The position numbers were made by a program, and so were the translations under genes. From Gnetum montanum (lineage: Eukaryota; Plantae; Gnetophyta), in NCBI GenBank assembly GCA_015680685.1, contig MNCI01000900.1:132241-196240 (forward strand): 64,000 nt of DNA. The letters run 5' to 3'. Below are positions 24,592-38,865 of this stretch, piece by piece; position 1 is the stretch's first letter, and each line of letters begins with the position of its first letter. The notes beneath the pieces were generated by a model, which saw only the letters and a program-made list of their open reading frames with translations, was not told the origin of the DNA and ran no database searches.

Positions 24592-27500
24592 TTAGTATTA
24601 TTGCTCAAGATTGTGTCAATATTTAATTTAGTTAATATTATATGAATTATTTGTATTAAGATTAATGATTAATATTTTAAAAAATCTAATATCTTTGGAA
24701 ATACACATATAGAACTTAAATGATTAAATATGACATCTACATACAACATTAATTCCTCGCTTGCTAATAACATTAATGAAGGCGATGATAGAATTTATAT
24801 TGAAGAAACTTGAAATGAGGTCATGTAAATACAAATTTCCTATGCCCATGTAAATCCTTACTAACCTAGCTTTAATTTCATTTTTCATTAAGATGAATGG
24901 TTCAAATGAAGAGACTTTCAAGGAAACCATATGTTTCCACCCAATCAGTTAGCTTCATCTATGTTTCAAGTTGTTCTACTGACATTTGGTCTTGGCCATA
25001 TTCATGAAGGATATTAAGCCACAAAGAATATGACTAGACCTTATTAGTTGATAGAAGCCCAACCTAGAAGAGATGCTATCTTAGAAGCCAAACATGAGCA
25101 TGATAATGGAAGGTACACATTTCAAGTAATATTACCATCAAAGAAGAAACATGCTAAAAATATCAATCTAAAAAGTCTCATCATCATTGATTAACCTATT
25201 GACCTCCTATATTAAATATTGAAGACTTCATATATCAAAGACTACATTTAGACTTGGTAGAGTCTATTGGAAGATATGAAATAGAACTTAGAGTAAGGAG
25301 GAACTCAATGCTTAAAACCTCTAAAATAGCCAAAAAGGAAGAATCAAGGGACCATAACAAAAAAACAAATTGGCACAAACCTCCTAGTCCTCTATTTTCT
25401 TCATCATCCTCATTGATAACCTTTGATGAAGATGAATATTAACTCTAGATAGAAAACTATACATATATGAAAGAAGAGATTAAGATATATATATCCTAAG
25501 AGAGATAGATATCATGATAAAAATAAAGATGAAGATGAAGAGAAAGAACACATGCATAAGAGAAGATATGATAAAGGGAATTGAAGGGGTTATCATTGCT
25601 ACAACAAAGAATATAACAATTCCAAAAATTATGATGAATCCCTACTAGCCACTCAAAGAATAATCAATATAAGAAAGATCATTTGCATTTCTAGAAGGTA
25701 TCAAAGAAATATTTACATGAAGCAACTTATATGAACACATCCAAATTTTGAGGGAGGTTATAATGTAGATACATAGCATAGTTTTCAAGCCTTCCATGAT
25801 GCATGTGCACTACCAAATATTAAGAATGATTGATGGAAACTTCTGTTATTTTCAAGGATACTAATGAAGCAAGCATAGGCTTTGTAATCATCCTTAGAGT
25901 CACACTTCATCCAAAGGTGGAGCATGATGTTAGATCTTTTCAACAATTAATACTAGACTTATTTAAGAGTGTCCAATTTAAGAAAGAAAATTCAAAGATA
26001 GAGACAAGAGACTCATGAATCCCTTAATGAAACCATTAGTAAGTATTATTAACTTTTGCATAGATGCTTAGGACATAGGTTTCCTAGAAGAAGTAATTTA
26101 GGCATATCATTGATGGGTCACAAAACAAAACAAAAAAGACCCTTGGGATTTATGTTCAAGAAAGACTATTAAAGATGAGAGCCCATTAAATCTAGAGACT
26201 TACTAAGCAAATAACAAAAGAAGAAAAATTGATGAAAAGCGAATATTTAGAGAAATATAACAAAGATCCATCCATGCACAAGAAATATGTTCATGCATAT
26301 GATACAAAGGAAGAGGAGAACCCTATGGAAGAGGTAATCTAAAGAAATAATTTGCTTATATAGAAAAATATTTTGATGTTTTAGAAAAGATGGAGAAAAT
26401 GTGTGATTTCATAGATGAAAATTTACAACTACATTAAAAATAGTAGAGGAAAAGATAGAAGAAGAATTAACCAAAGAAAAGGAAAGAAGGAAGAAGAAAG
26501 AAATAGGCAGAGACATGTATAAGTACAAGGGAAAGGATGTTGCTATAGAAGAGTTTGTTGATTTTACTTTCAAGGAGATGGTGAGTGTGAATTATGTCAA
26601 TATGAACACCCTAAGGGATATTGTATTATTATGATAAATTTACAAGAATTAGGAGCATATGCATTCAATCCAAAATTCGTCAAAAAGAAAATGCCCAAGA
26701 GGTTGCCCTATTTGGAAGCTCATAGCTCTTATTATTTAGCATTTTGAGATAATCTTGGGCTCATTGGAAAGCTCTTGAAAAGACCTATTTGCCTAAAAAA
26801 TTTCACCTCAACTTGAATTCATTTTATTAATAAAACATGATTTCAAAAATTATCATTTAGAATTATCTAATTTTGATATAATGCTTCACCATAAATCTTG
26901 GAATAATATCATAAGTTATGGTTGATAACCATGGGTCATGGTGGAGTTGTGGTTGATCTTTTCTCATGCATTTTGTAGTTATGAGTGGTGGTAACCTCAT
27001 GATTTAATTTTATGAATACAACGAGCTAACCACTAGTTATGGTGTGCTTTACAATGAGTTGTCATTAGGCTATGGTCTTACAAAAAACTTGAACTTTTGA
27101 AGATTTTAAAGATAAATTTGAATAAAACTTGATTTTTTGAAATTGATCTAAGCTACTAAATAACCTATGATGAAGAATTAGTCTAATTAATTTGAAATTT
27201 TAGGGGAAATTATTTGGTTTGACTTTTATGACCTTTGGTATTTTAGATAGGATGCTGAAATTGAATTGTAATGAATTTGATGAAAATACCTTGATGATGA
27301 GATGAATTCATAAATTATTGGTTAAAATTTTGGATGATAATTGATGATTTTTGAATGATGAATAGAAATTATGGATGAATTTTTGATGAATAAAAATTGG
27401 TAAAGTAATGATAATTGATGAAATGTTGATATGGAAAAATTTTATAGCACATGCAATCATATTTCTAAAGTCTCATTTACAACATATTTTACCCACATAT

Positions 27501-28820
27501 TTACAACTAATTAATATGGCCATAATGGTATATGATGGAAAAAAATCTTTTTTTATAGAAACAAAGCTCAAAATTGAAGGGACATAAGAGATTTTGGCTA
27601 TTATTTAATTTCATTTTTCCATAAATACTTTTATAAATTACATGGCTTTGATTTCTATTTTAGAAAATGTTATTTTATCTTCATGTGGACTTTGGCTTTT
27701 GCCTTGTCTTTAAACTTTTACTTGATTTTGCTACACTTCAATATGTAGATATGATCTCCTACACCTACAACTTTGGGAATTGAACTCATTTTTTTTCTTT
27801 ATTTGTAATCCACATTGCGAGCATGAAAATTAAGTTGAGTATGAGTGTTCAAAGTACACACTAGTACCAACAAATATTCTTAGAATTTCAATAATATGCA
27901 TCTTCTAGTTCTACCATTATCAATACAAGGAAAGTTTCCAACTCAACCTTAATAGAAGAGTGTTATGAAAGTAATAAACACATAAATGGATAACTATACT
28001 AGAAACTCAGAGTGTAAACATAGGAAGTGTCCTTTCTTTAGGACAAGTCCTACACCTATAAAGAAAGCTAGAAACTTTGCTAGTCCATGAATATCTCTAT
28101 AAGAAACTATCCTTGTTACTCCAACCCTATTTTTCATGCCTCTAAGCTATTCAAGAAAGATTTTTCTTCCTTTGAACCAAAGTAGAAACATTAAGACTAT
28201 CATGCTAACTTAGATAATGAGCAACTAGTTTAAGACAAGGGTGCTCCTTAAAAAGAGAACTGATCTACAAAGTCCATTAATATATTTATAGATAGCTAGA
28301 AATACATCATCCAAAGCACTAATAAACTTGAATTCTAGAGTAAATCTCAATTGAAAAGATATGTACAAAGCCTAGAACCTACTATTGTTAAAGAAATGTA
28401 ATATTCGACTAAAGATCATATACCAATCTATCATAGTTTTGTTAGGGAAGGTAGAAGATGTATTAACCACCATCAATGGCTTGTCCTACCCATAAAATTT
28501 CCTAGTTATCAATGTAGGATAAAATAAAATAAAATTTCCAATCATTATGAGGAAAACATATCTTAGCATGATTGATCTTAAGATAGGAATTAGAGTCTTG
28601 TTCTTGAAAATCTCTAATGTGGATGAGCATGCAGCCATACAAAAAAAAGGGATTTCATGAATCATGTACATATGAGATACAACTATGTATAGAAAGTATT
28701 GACAATTCAACAAAAAAAAATTTAGTATGTATATATGGAAGAAGTGTGTGTACAAAGATTCTTGTATGCAGTAGCCACAAAGTAAGAAGATATCCAATGG
28801 TTGAATACTAAAGAAGAAAG

Positions 28821-31025
28821 TGTTAAGAATTTGATATGTGTTATCAAGATCAAAATTTTAAATTATGTCTACATGAAGCAACATCATGATTTATTGTGTA
28901 CACCATCATGATAAAATACACCACCACCACCATGGTATTTGTATAGTTTGATATTATTAGTTAATATTTGTTAAGAGAAATACTATTAGTTATATTCAAC
29001 AATTAAATTTAACTATTCTTCATGCCTACTATATTAATGAACATAATTATTCTCTCAAATCTCTATATACCTTTCATCTTCTTGTTCAATTTAATATAGA
29101 AGTTTTGTAGCTACATGTATAATTTAGTTCTTATCTTAAAGGATTTACTCAACTCTTAAGTTCTTAGTACCATAGATGTCAAAACTTCATGATGTTGTTA
29201 TAACATCAATATTTTTCCTACTATTGGTGTCAACATAATTATTCTTAATTTTCCTTGGAGTTTGTGATCATTTCATCACAAAACCTAACATGGTATTAGA
29301 GCTGGTTTATGATGAATTTAGTTGCTTAATTCATGAATACATTACAAAAATAGAGTTATTGGGCATATTAAATTCATAAGAAAGTATAAAAGAAAAGTTA
29401 TGAAATTTTATTTTAATATTTAAGCTCTTGCAAAAATCTAAAAAAATTTCCATAGTAATAAAGCTCAAGTATAAAGTATTCTAAGATGATTCAACTCTTA
29501 AGTTCTTGTTTCTCTTGGTTGATTCTAGTAAGTTTTAGAATAACTCTATTCTTAAACTTTTGTAGAAATATCGCAATAATGAGGGATTTTCATTTTCTAA
29601 AATTTAATGTGAAATTTTTAGTTAATCTCTTAGTAAGTTTAGTTTATGGTTGAGTCATTAGTTAAAAATTTATTTTTTTATTACAAAAAACTAGAATTGT
29701 GCATATGATGTCTCTAGTTTCTCTATATTAGTTTTCAAAACCCTCACTATTTATAATTTTCCAAGTAACTATTTGATGAAATTGTTGATGATGTAAGAGG
29801 ACATAGACAACAATGGGATCTAGTAAAAGAAAGCATGATGCAAGATCCCCTTCCCCCAAGTCTTTAGAACATGACACATTAGAGATACCATCCCCACTAC
29901 CATAAGTAACACCATAACCAAAAGGCCACAATGCTAGTACCCATTGTGAATCCTCATTCTTCAAAGATATAAAGAAGAAAAATAAGGATTTACTCTATAA
30001 TTATAGCTCATTATGATGTCATTGTAAGCAAGTCATAGAGTTTTGATTTTCTTTTTACGAGGAAGTCTCTTGAAAATAAGTCATAGAGTATTTGAGATAT
30101 CTAGCCTCAAGGATTACTGTCCAATACCATTACTTTAATTTGAGCTTGACCACCTAACTAGTAAAAGTAGCTTTTTCTATAGAGTTGGAGAGACCTCTAT
30201 GTTTTGAGTGAAATTTATATGCCTAGTATCTCTAGCCATTCTTTCTTACATTTTAGAAGAGCTTAAAAAGCTAAAATAATTTATAACATGATTTTAGAAA
30301 AAGAAACTTGCTCACCATCATTTTATATTTTATAATTATAACTTTACTAATCATATATATTAATCTATTTAATCATATGGTTCCCATTTTGAAATGCATA
30401 TTTCTTAAGGAATTTCAACTAGAGCTTTTACTTCATATTCATTGATGATAAGATAAAATACTTGGTTAATGTTGTATGGTGGAGAAGAGTAATAAAGCAA
30501 TAATCTATTTATTCATCATTTATTTTATGATAGTGATGAAGTAGTACTTAAGTAGTAAAGTGAATTGTAATTTCAAATGTTAATATTGAGGGGTGATGTT
30601 AATTATTTGATATATGTTATCAAGCTTAATATTCTAAGTTATGTCTATATAAAGTAACATAGTGATTTATTTTGTACATTGTCACAGTGTAATACATCAC
30701 TATGGTATATGTGTAGTTTGAAATTACTAGTTAACATTTGTTAAGGAAAGTACTATTGTTTATGTTTAATAATTAATATCAATAAACATGACAATTCCCT
30801 CAAATATATATATGCCTTTCATCTTCTTGTTCAATTAGATATAGAAGTTGTGGAGCAATATGTAGAATTCAATTCTTATCTTCTTAACTCTTAAGTTCTC
30901 AATACCATAGATGTCCAAGCTTGACAATGAGGTTCTAACATCAACATTTTCTATACTATTAGAGCCAAAATAATTATTTTTAGTTTTCCTTAAATCTTGT
31001 GATCATTTCATCATAAAACTTAATA
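28821..31025 (+). mobile_element. Short non-autonomous Ty1/copia derivative (2.2 kb) nested in element C
   Basis: LTRs at 28821-29290 and 30597-31025 (TGTT..AACA/AATA). PBS TGGTATTAGAGC at 29291, PPT GAGGGGTGA at 30588-30596, TSD GAAAG/GAATG. Internal RNase H remnants (VAFSIELE near 30167, TNHIY near 30345). Confidence 0.88.
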
Positions 31026-31199
31026 GAATGTAAGTTTGGAATATGCATGAAATCTACTACGAAATACACAAGTACCTAGATGGAAAAAATACATAAAGCA
31101 AAACAAGTAAAGAGGTAACTCTCCTAAATAGGATACGAGCAAGAAGAATATATGTATTAGAGGAAATCATAGTTTCTAGACTATCTCACTTATTTAACC

Positions 31200-32400
31200 A
31201 CATATGAAATCCCTACTAAATGGAATAAGAAAAAGAAACAATAATTTTTGCATCAAGAAAAACACTTCATGAAATAAAGAGTAACCTTTACAAGATTTGA
31301 GTTAATTATCTAATATAATGATGTATATTGAATGAAAATTAATAACCAATCCTCTAGGATGCTTATGAAGGACTGTGTGAGGTTCATTATGTAGAAAAAA
31401 TAACAACCACTAAGATTTTTATGGCTGACTATTTTTGGCCTACTCTCTTTAGAGATGCACACTACTTTGCAAACTCTTATGAATGATGTCATGGTAGGAT
31501 GATTGCCAAATTTGAAGGATCATAGTAATGGATATAACTATTAGAATCATTTAATTTGTAGAGAATTGATTTCATGCATCCCATTATTCCTATGTCTAAT
31601 AAGAAGTTGTACATAATTATTATTGTTGATTATCTTATTATGTCAGTAGAAGTTTTTCCAATAATGGATTACACATCAAAAACAACAACTAAATATTTTC
31701 AATAGCATGTGGTTATAGATTTAGTATGCCTAGAGTACTAATCTCAAACAATGGTACTCACTTCATAGGAATTATATTTAAAAAGCTTATGCAATCCCTA
31801 GGAGTCAAACACAAATTGAAAATTCCTTATCATCCATAAATGAATGGATAGGCTAAATTAACAAACAAGAAAATTACTAGAATCCTCACAAGAAAAATTA
31901 AAAAATATAGTAAGGATTGAAGAACTAGGTTAAATGATGATACATGGACTTATAGATCTATCTAGAAACTTCCTATAAGATATTTACTCTATGAGTGAGT
32001 ATACAAAAAATGCCTAATGTATCCATTTAAACTAAACTTGGCATAGTAACCATAGAATGTGACTTGGATATTAATATGAGTCTAGCATAAAAAGAATGAT
32101 TAATGAACTTAAATCTACTAGAAGAAAATAGAATGATGGCCCTCATGCATAATAAGATCCATAAGAATTACACTAAAGAAAAATGACACCAAAATTTGAC
32201 ACATCAAGACTAAACTAAGGGGAAAAATTCTTTACTATAATTCCACTTACATTTCTCAACAGACAAAGTTTTAAATACTTTGGGAGGGACATTGCCTTAT
32301 CCAAACCACCTACAAATCTACTACTTTACATATTTACCATTCAACGAACCCACAAAAACTAATCTTGGTCAACGTAAAATAAAATACCAATTTATAGAAT
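31200..32400 (+). pseudogene. pol: Ty3/gypsy integrase remnant of element C
   Basis: ISNNGTHFIG..LGVKHKL..PYHP*MNG*AKLTNK; homologous to 1-670 and 14430-15500. Confidence 0.82.
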
Positions 32401-32898
32401 CTCAAGAGCCTATGATCTAGTTATTATCATCCATCATAATAAATGTTTGATGCACTCTTCTTTTCAAACCTTAGTCATGAGGAAGATCATCATTTCAGTT
32501 AAGCCTTATGAACACAATGTTTGTCATTTTTTATTTGTAATTTCTTAACATTATTTATGATTTTTTGTTCATCTTCTATTTAGGTAATCTTTTCTATTTA
32601 TTTAATATTTGAAATTATTAATTAGTTTTCTATTCTTTAATATCTTTTACTTTGTGTATACTTTTCTATTCTTTAAGTCATTTACCTTGTGTTTTGTGCA
32701 TACTTTTCTTTTTTATTAATAAAGTCACCAACCTTGTGTAGGAAATAACTTCTTTAAGGGAATTTTTCTCCATGTTCTCAAATTCTTGAAGTAATTGTAG
32801 ATAATAGTGAAATCACAACATTCATTCCTCCATTTCCAAATACTAAGATGTCCTTACCATGTGAATAATGTAATCCTTATTACATGAAAACTAAAATG

Positions 32899-33048
32899 GT
32901 TATTAGAATCCAAAATAATTATAATATAGACACACCCCAAGATATATAGACTAATTAGGACTTATAACTTAGCATTGCCCACTAGAATAAATCCCATAAC
33001 TTGATCTTTCAAATCAAGACTCTTTATCTCTAGACTAATGCCTCATTG
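32899..33048 (-). mobile_element. tRNA-derived SINE copy (family 1) with 19-bp TSD
   Basis: Reverse complement matches 55218-55360. Flanked by TTACATGAAAACTAAAATG (32880-32898) and TTACATGCAAATTAAAATG (33049-33067). Confidence 0.8.
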
Positions 33049-36000
33049 TTACATGCAAATTAAAATGAATTCATGAAAACTAAAATGATACTAGAGGAAA
33101 GCAAGGTAAAAGTTAAGCAATGAACAAATCTTCTTGCTATTACTTCCTCATCATCCCTATTATTCCTTTCTTAATTATTTAAGGCTAATGATCATTGTTA
33201 CATGCAAACTAAAATGAGCCCATGACCATTAGCCTTAAAGAAGGAAGGAAGAAACAAGATGGATGGATAAGAAAGTAACATCAAGGAGATTTTTTTATTT
33301 CTTGACTTTCACCTTGTATTTCTTTGTTCTAATGGTGATGCACTAATACGCATGGTTTTTTAACTTTAGAAAATAATATTATCTTGTTATGATACTATAA
33401 AGATATGTTATAGATGCCTTAAGGTATTCGTCAACCAAAGATAAAAAATAATAATAAATTAATTCAAACATACAAAACCATTATTGGAGTACCACTAGAA
33501 AGACATGTTTTCCATTTCTAAAGGTAGACTACTTCTAGGAATCCCATGCTCACTTGAAATAGCTTCATAATGTGTCTAGAAAAACTCATGCTTAAAGGTG
33601 CATCATTGATGGAGTTACCATTGGTTTTGAGATTGGAAAGGCATGCAACTCATCCCTAAAGATGTTATGCTAACTAATGTCCAAGGCTCCTAACCTTAAT
33701 ATCATTGATTAATTAATTACTTTTAATAAATCTAGTATGCATATATCCAAATCTTTTCTTATTGAATGGTGTTATTTTGACAAGATGGCTAGTTGCACTT
33801 AAGGTGGTGGGCTTAGGATGATGTAATGCAATGTCATTAGTAAGAGGATTAGACTTGGTTTGAAATCCAAATAGAAAGGTATATTAATCATTTTCATCAT
33901 ACTTAATACAAAGAACCCATTAGAACAATGGTAATGTATCTCATGTTCTATTTCTCCAAATTCTTCCAACTCCATTTCACCTCACTAATATGTATAATTA
34001 TAAATTTGATAATATTGCATAGTAGAGTGCTTGTGCGTATTAGAATGGATATAAAATTCACATTTAATTCCTTAAGTATTATGAATGCTTATGTGAATGG
34101 TTATACAAAGGCATTAAGGGAAAAATCTTACTTTGGGGAGGACTCACTTATATAACTCTTGAGGATCATATCCATAAACTAATACTACACCATCAAAACA
34201 TAACAAGTTGTTATTTTACTTCATGAAGTATACTACAAATCACTTCTCTTCAAATTTGAGTTTAATTTCAATAAGAACCACATTGTATCTCATATTCTTC
34301 TTTAATCTCTATTTTTAAGAAAAATTAAGTTTTAATTGATCATTTTTTATCATTTTAAATTATCCTAGCTAAGAATTAGACTCATTCTCTTAATTGACAC
34401 CCCTCATAAAGTCTTGGGACTCACAAAATACAAAGAAATGGTAAAATTTAAGAAAAATTAAGGAAATGTTTAATTTTTTAGATTAGTAATATTGTAGCTA
34501 TAATATCACATGGACTATGGTATCATAGTTGCAATGTCATATCTAGGATATCATCTTTATAAAAAAAAAACTATATATCCTATTACACCCTTAATAATTT
34601 TCCCATATTTTTCTCATAATATATAGGGCGTTCATACCATTTTTTCATTCCAAATACTTTTATATACCTTACTTGCTAAACTATAAACTTGATTTTTATC
34701 ATTTAGAATCCTTTGAGCTTCCAAAGTTGATCTCTTAGTTATGGGGAAGACGTAGTGTACAATGCAAATTTTATACACTTTGTTTTTGACATACTAGGGT
34801 AATGACTTTGACAATTTTACATTCCCTTACATTTTCAAAAATTTTACTATTACTTCAAGATGATAGGATTATTTTGATTTTGATATTATGCAAAAATGAT
34901 GATGTGTTTGGTTGTTGATTTAGGGCTTAGAAATTAATTAATGGTTATTGTGATGATTTTAATTTAGAGTTGATTATTGGATATTTTCTAAATTTCTCAA
35001 CTTCTTGATTAAGAACTTTGATAAAGTATTTTTTGATTACTATTTTGTTGTACTTATTAATATTTTACTTTTATAAATTTGGATTTCAACATTAATAATT
35101 TTTCTTGTGTAATTACATTTCAAAATGGGAATTTTTTATTAATTACAAATTAAGGATTTTGGCATTTCTAATAAATCTTTTACTTTTGCAATCACAATTA
35201 TACTCAATTGTTAATTTATTTTTGATTTTCATTTAAACCTATAGGATCAAATACGAATTTAGAAATAGTGAAATTTTTTGGGAAATTTTAGTTAATCTTG
35301 GTAATTACAAATGACTCCAAAACAAACTAGTGAAACTAGAGGACCATACAATCATAAGAAAAGCAAATAAGAGAAGAGAATGACAAATGATGTGGCAAAG
35401 GTGAAGATTAGTCATAGGAATCTCAATAGAGTAAGAAATCTAGTCTTCAACTATTAGTAGCCCATGTCACAAATACAACAATATTAATAGGCTAAAGCAT
35501 TAGTGCCACCTGATTTAAAAATAGGTAGATAATTCACTTTATTAAAAGATTATGTTAAAATAATTGGTAGTAAAATCATGATGCAGTGAATGTTAATAAA
35601 TTAGCTAGGAAAAATAGAAACTTGTCAATGAAAGAAGTTAACAAAATTCACTAAAAGTCTACTATTAAAAACAAAATTCACTAAAAGTCTACTATTAAAA
35701 TTAACACATGAAAAATAAATGCTACAAAGCATGAAAAGTTGAAAGAATATTTTAGAGGATAAGTAGCCTACAAAAGAAAGTGAATAAAAAATAAATTAAT
35801 GTAACAAAGGTTAAGACCAATGTTACACTACAATAGATGTCCAAATGGTAACTAGTGTTCGAGAGCATCATTGTAATAAATTAGGCAAAGATAGAAATGA
35901 AAGACTTATAAATTGAAGACATAATATATTATCTTGAGTTGGCCAATCTCAGGTATGAAAATTTGGCAATGTTAATAGTAGGTAAAATGAGGAGTGATCT

Positions 36001-36839
36001 AGAAAGGCAACTAGCAACCATGTATTTGTTGTATGAAATGAGCATAAGTCTTGTAACGAGGTGCAACAAAAACTACATAATGTTGATGTAGAGCTAGGAG
36101 TAGTAAAACCAAAATATACTAATTAAAGGGATGTAGCTAATAATTTGAAAAAATGCATAACAGATTATCAAGGCTTGAAATCATAAATATAAGTATTTGA
36201 AATTAATAGAAATAAATTTGGAGCTTGTACATTAAGGGTACTATGTTATTTTTGTGGTTGTTGGAAGGTACCAACAATAGTAACCTTGTTGATTTCACAT
36301 GATTAGTGAATAATCCAAAGACAAAGGGAGATAAAGTTGAGAGCCTTACTAAGTTATTCTCACATGAAGAAGCTAGCAACATTGGAAAGGTTGCCACAAT
36401 AATAAGTGATGTAGGAAAAGCTACCACCTCTAGAAATAACATAAAGACTTGTATCAACTATTTTGAAGATCTTGCAATTTTTGTCATTTTTTTGTATGTC
36501 CATAGGTTATTATCTTTATTATAATCCAGTCATATTAGCATTCATTCCCATTGTTTCTTAGTTAATAGATTTAATATTCAATATACCATATTTTACTTTC
36601 ACATTATTACAACTAAATGACATCATGATATGATATACCTTACTATGAATTAAACCATATGCTTTGATTGTGATTAACTCTAATAGAAAGAAAATGATCA
36701 ATGATATTAGCATTAAGTTTTTAGAGAACATATTTTTCCATCAATAGATTTTAATCAAGTCACATGCAACACTTGTGTGATTTGTATAATTAGGCATTTA
36801 AAACACTCATCGATCATTAAACACTCATTAATTTTTCTA

Positions 36840-37750
36840 CTAAATGATAAAATGGAAATATGAAATTAATGCTTGAAGAGTAGTGTTATAGTTCAAGCTT
36901 GCATAATAAAGTACAACCATTATTTTTATAATATATCTTAGGCAAAATACATGCTTCATATAAATAAATCATTATAACTCATCCAACAAGATATAAGTAA
37001 TAAGAAATATGCTATGACATATTTGTGAAATATATAAAGAGGAAGAATAATGTAAGAAAAAATCTATCCAATCATGGAATTTGATGAGTCCATAAGGACA
37101 TGATCTAAATAAATCATGAAACAACATGTAAACTAAAAGTTGTATTATTGTAAATAAAAAAGGTTGAAGATATGACTAGGAATTAACATACAAAATAGTA
37201 GCAATTTTTTGAAGAGATGTGTGAAGGATCCAATTTCCTAAAGAGGAATAGAAGATACCAGCCAAATTTATTGAAGTTTAGAAGTAGCTACAATGAAGAT
37301 ATAGTAGTTTGTAACATACAAAGTTGGCAAAAGAAGATAAAATGATATACAAATGAATGAAGTCTCTATATAATCCCAATCATAATAAGCCTTATAAGAA
37401 TACTTATGCATAAAATACATACTAAGATGATGATATACTTAATGATGTTTGCTATGACTTTTATATCACAAGGATCCTTAGGTAAATTAGAGTCTGCAAG
37501 AGGCTTAAAATCAAACTCTAATAGTCTAGTCATATCTATTGAAGCAGTTCAATCTTCATCACATATTTATAGTGTAAAAATCATCATGTATCCGAGTCAT
37601 GTTATAATCATACTAGAGTTTATGCTCTTCTTGCACTAATCATAAAAATTTCAAGTTTTGTGTCTTGAACCTCATCACAACATGTTATCAGTTGAGACCT
37701 AATGGTGTTCAACTTATGACTTGCAAATCATCAAATACTAAGACCCATAG
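36840..37750 (-). mobile_element. Highly decayed Ty1/copia RNase H/3' fragment
   Basis: Minus strand ICDED*TASIDMTR near 37530-37570 resembles copia YCDADWAGSIDDRRS. Confidence 0.4.
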
Positions 37751-37964
37751 TGTCAATGTAGCCCTTTGTTTTTTTTTTTCTACTTTTAGATGTAGATTTG
37801 AATTAATAGTCTAGTAGCAATTAATCAATGATTGAGATTTTATGCCTATCATGACCTTTCAAAACTCATAATTTAAACATGATGAACTTGCAACCAAAGC
37901 TTCTAACATCCTCTAGCTTTGGAATATGAAGAAACAAGTTCATGAGATCCACAAATGACCACTA

Positions 37965-38450
37965 CATACTTGACATCTACAAGAAAAAGGAAGGCATTCA
38001 AAATTATGGAAACTATAGAAGCATCAATTTTATGATTCATACTATAAATTTATAATAAAGAGCTATAGAACATGTTTAAGGTATGAATCAACTAAGTTTG
38101 AGAATTATTTTACTATTATGTCTAATAGATCAACTATAGAAGCTATTTTCTTGCTAAGATAGTTGATGGAAAATTTTAAATATTAGAAGAGGAATCTACA
38201 TATGATTTTTATGAATTTGAAGAAACACTATAATAGATAAAACCAAGATATTCTTATTAGATATATAAAAGTTTTCAAGATATGTACACTAAATCCACCT
38301 CTTAAATTTTCATTTTTTATAGAGAGATCTTAGACTTTCCAAAAGGATAGGCTTATGTTACAAGATATTTTCTAAATATTTATTTATTTGCTATTATAAT
38401 GGATGAGTTCTCTAAATAAATTTAAGATGATATTTTTGCAAATAGTATGA
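37965..38450 (+). mobile_element. RTE LINE RT fragment
   Basis: IYKKKEGIQNYGNYRSINFMIHTINL..MSNRSTIEAIFLLR*LMENF..NLHMIFMNLKKHYNR. Confidence 0.75.
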
Positions 38451-38747
38451 ATTTTTTGTCATCATTGTCATTCCAACATAAAGTTAAGGTCACTTTATCA
38501 AGTTAAAGTCATGTGCCACATAATCTATTAGTTAGGTAACTAGTTTTTTATGTAACTAGGGTACAAAGCTATGTAAATTTATTTTATTTCAAAAATCCCA
38601 TTAACAATAAGTTAAATATTTATATAAAACATATTTTATTAAATTATTTTCATATATTGGTGAACAAGAAGGAGGAAAGCCCTAAAACCTAAAGTAATTT
38701 TATTATTTCTATTAAAATTGAAATTATATTATTAAAACTTTGTGAGT

Positions 38748-38865
38748 GGAGGAGGGCTATTGAAATCCTAAAATAATTATAATATATGTACACCTCAAGA
38801 TATAATGTCTAATTACAACTTTATAGCTCAACATTATCCACCAAAATAAATTTAATCGAAGTCAA
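38748..38865 (-). mobile_element. tRNA-derived SINE copy (family 1), 5'-eroded
   Basis: ACACCTCAAGATATAATGTCTAATTACAAC..CTCAACATTATCCAC matches the SINE body; the tail GGAGGGCTATTGAAATCC is present. Confidence 0.6.

Larger units (their letters stand above)
23752..36830 (+). mobile_element. Athila-like Ty3/gypsy element C, near full-length but decayed (5' LTR, PBS, gag, protease, integrase, env-like remnant, partial 3' LTR); RT-RNase H not seen
   Basis: 5' LTR at 23752-24591. TAGTATTATTGCT at 24593 is a transition-only derivative of the Athila PBS TGGCGCCGTTGCC. gag-like sequence at 25700-26300; protease KALINLNSRVNL at 28313; integrase at 31200-32400. The 3' LTR piece 36520-36830 matches 24290-24590. 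Confidence 0.75.

Noticed and set aside
26650-27480. Possible MITE or DNA transposon with CATG-rich repeats (similar texture at 40840-41030)
   Set aside because: No TIRs or TSD could be defined by eye. It is probably a decayed CG-rich repeat and is left unclassified.
35641-35700. Perfect 30-bp tandem duplication
   Set aside because: A simple slippage or assembly duplication within a dead ORF, with no functional indication.
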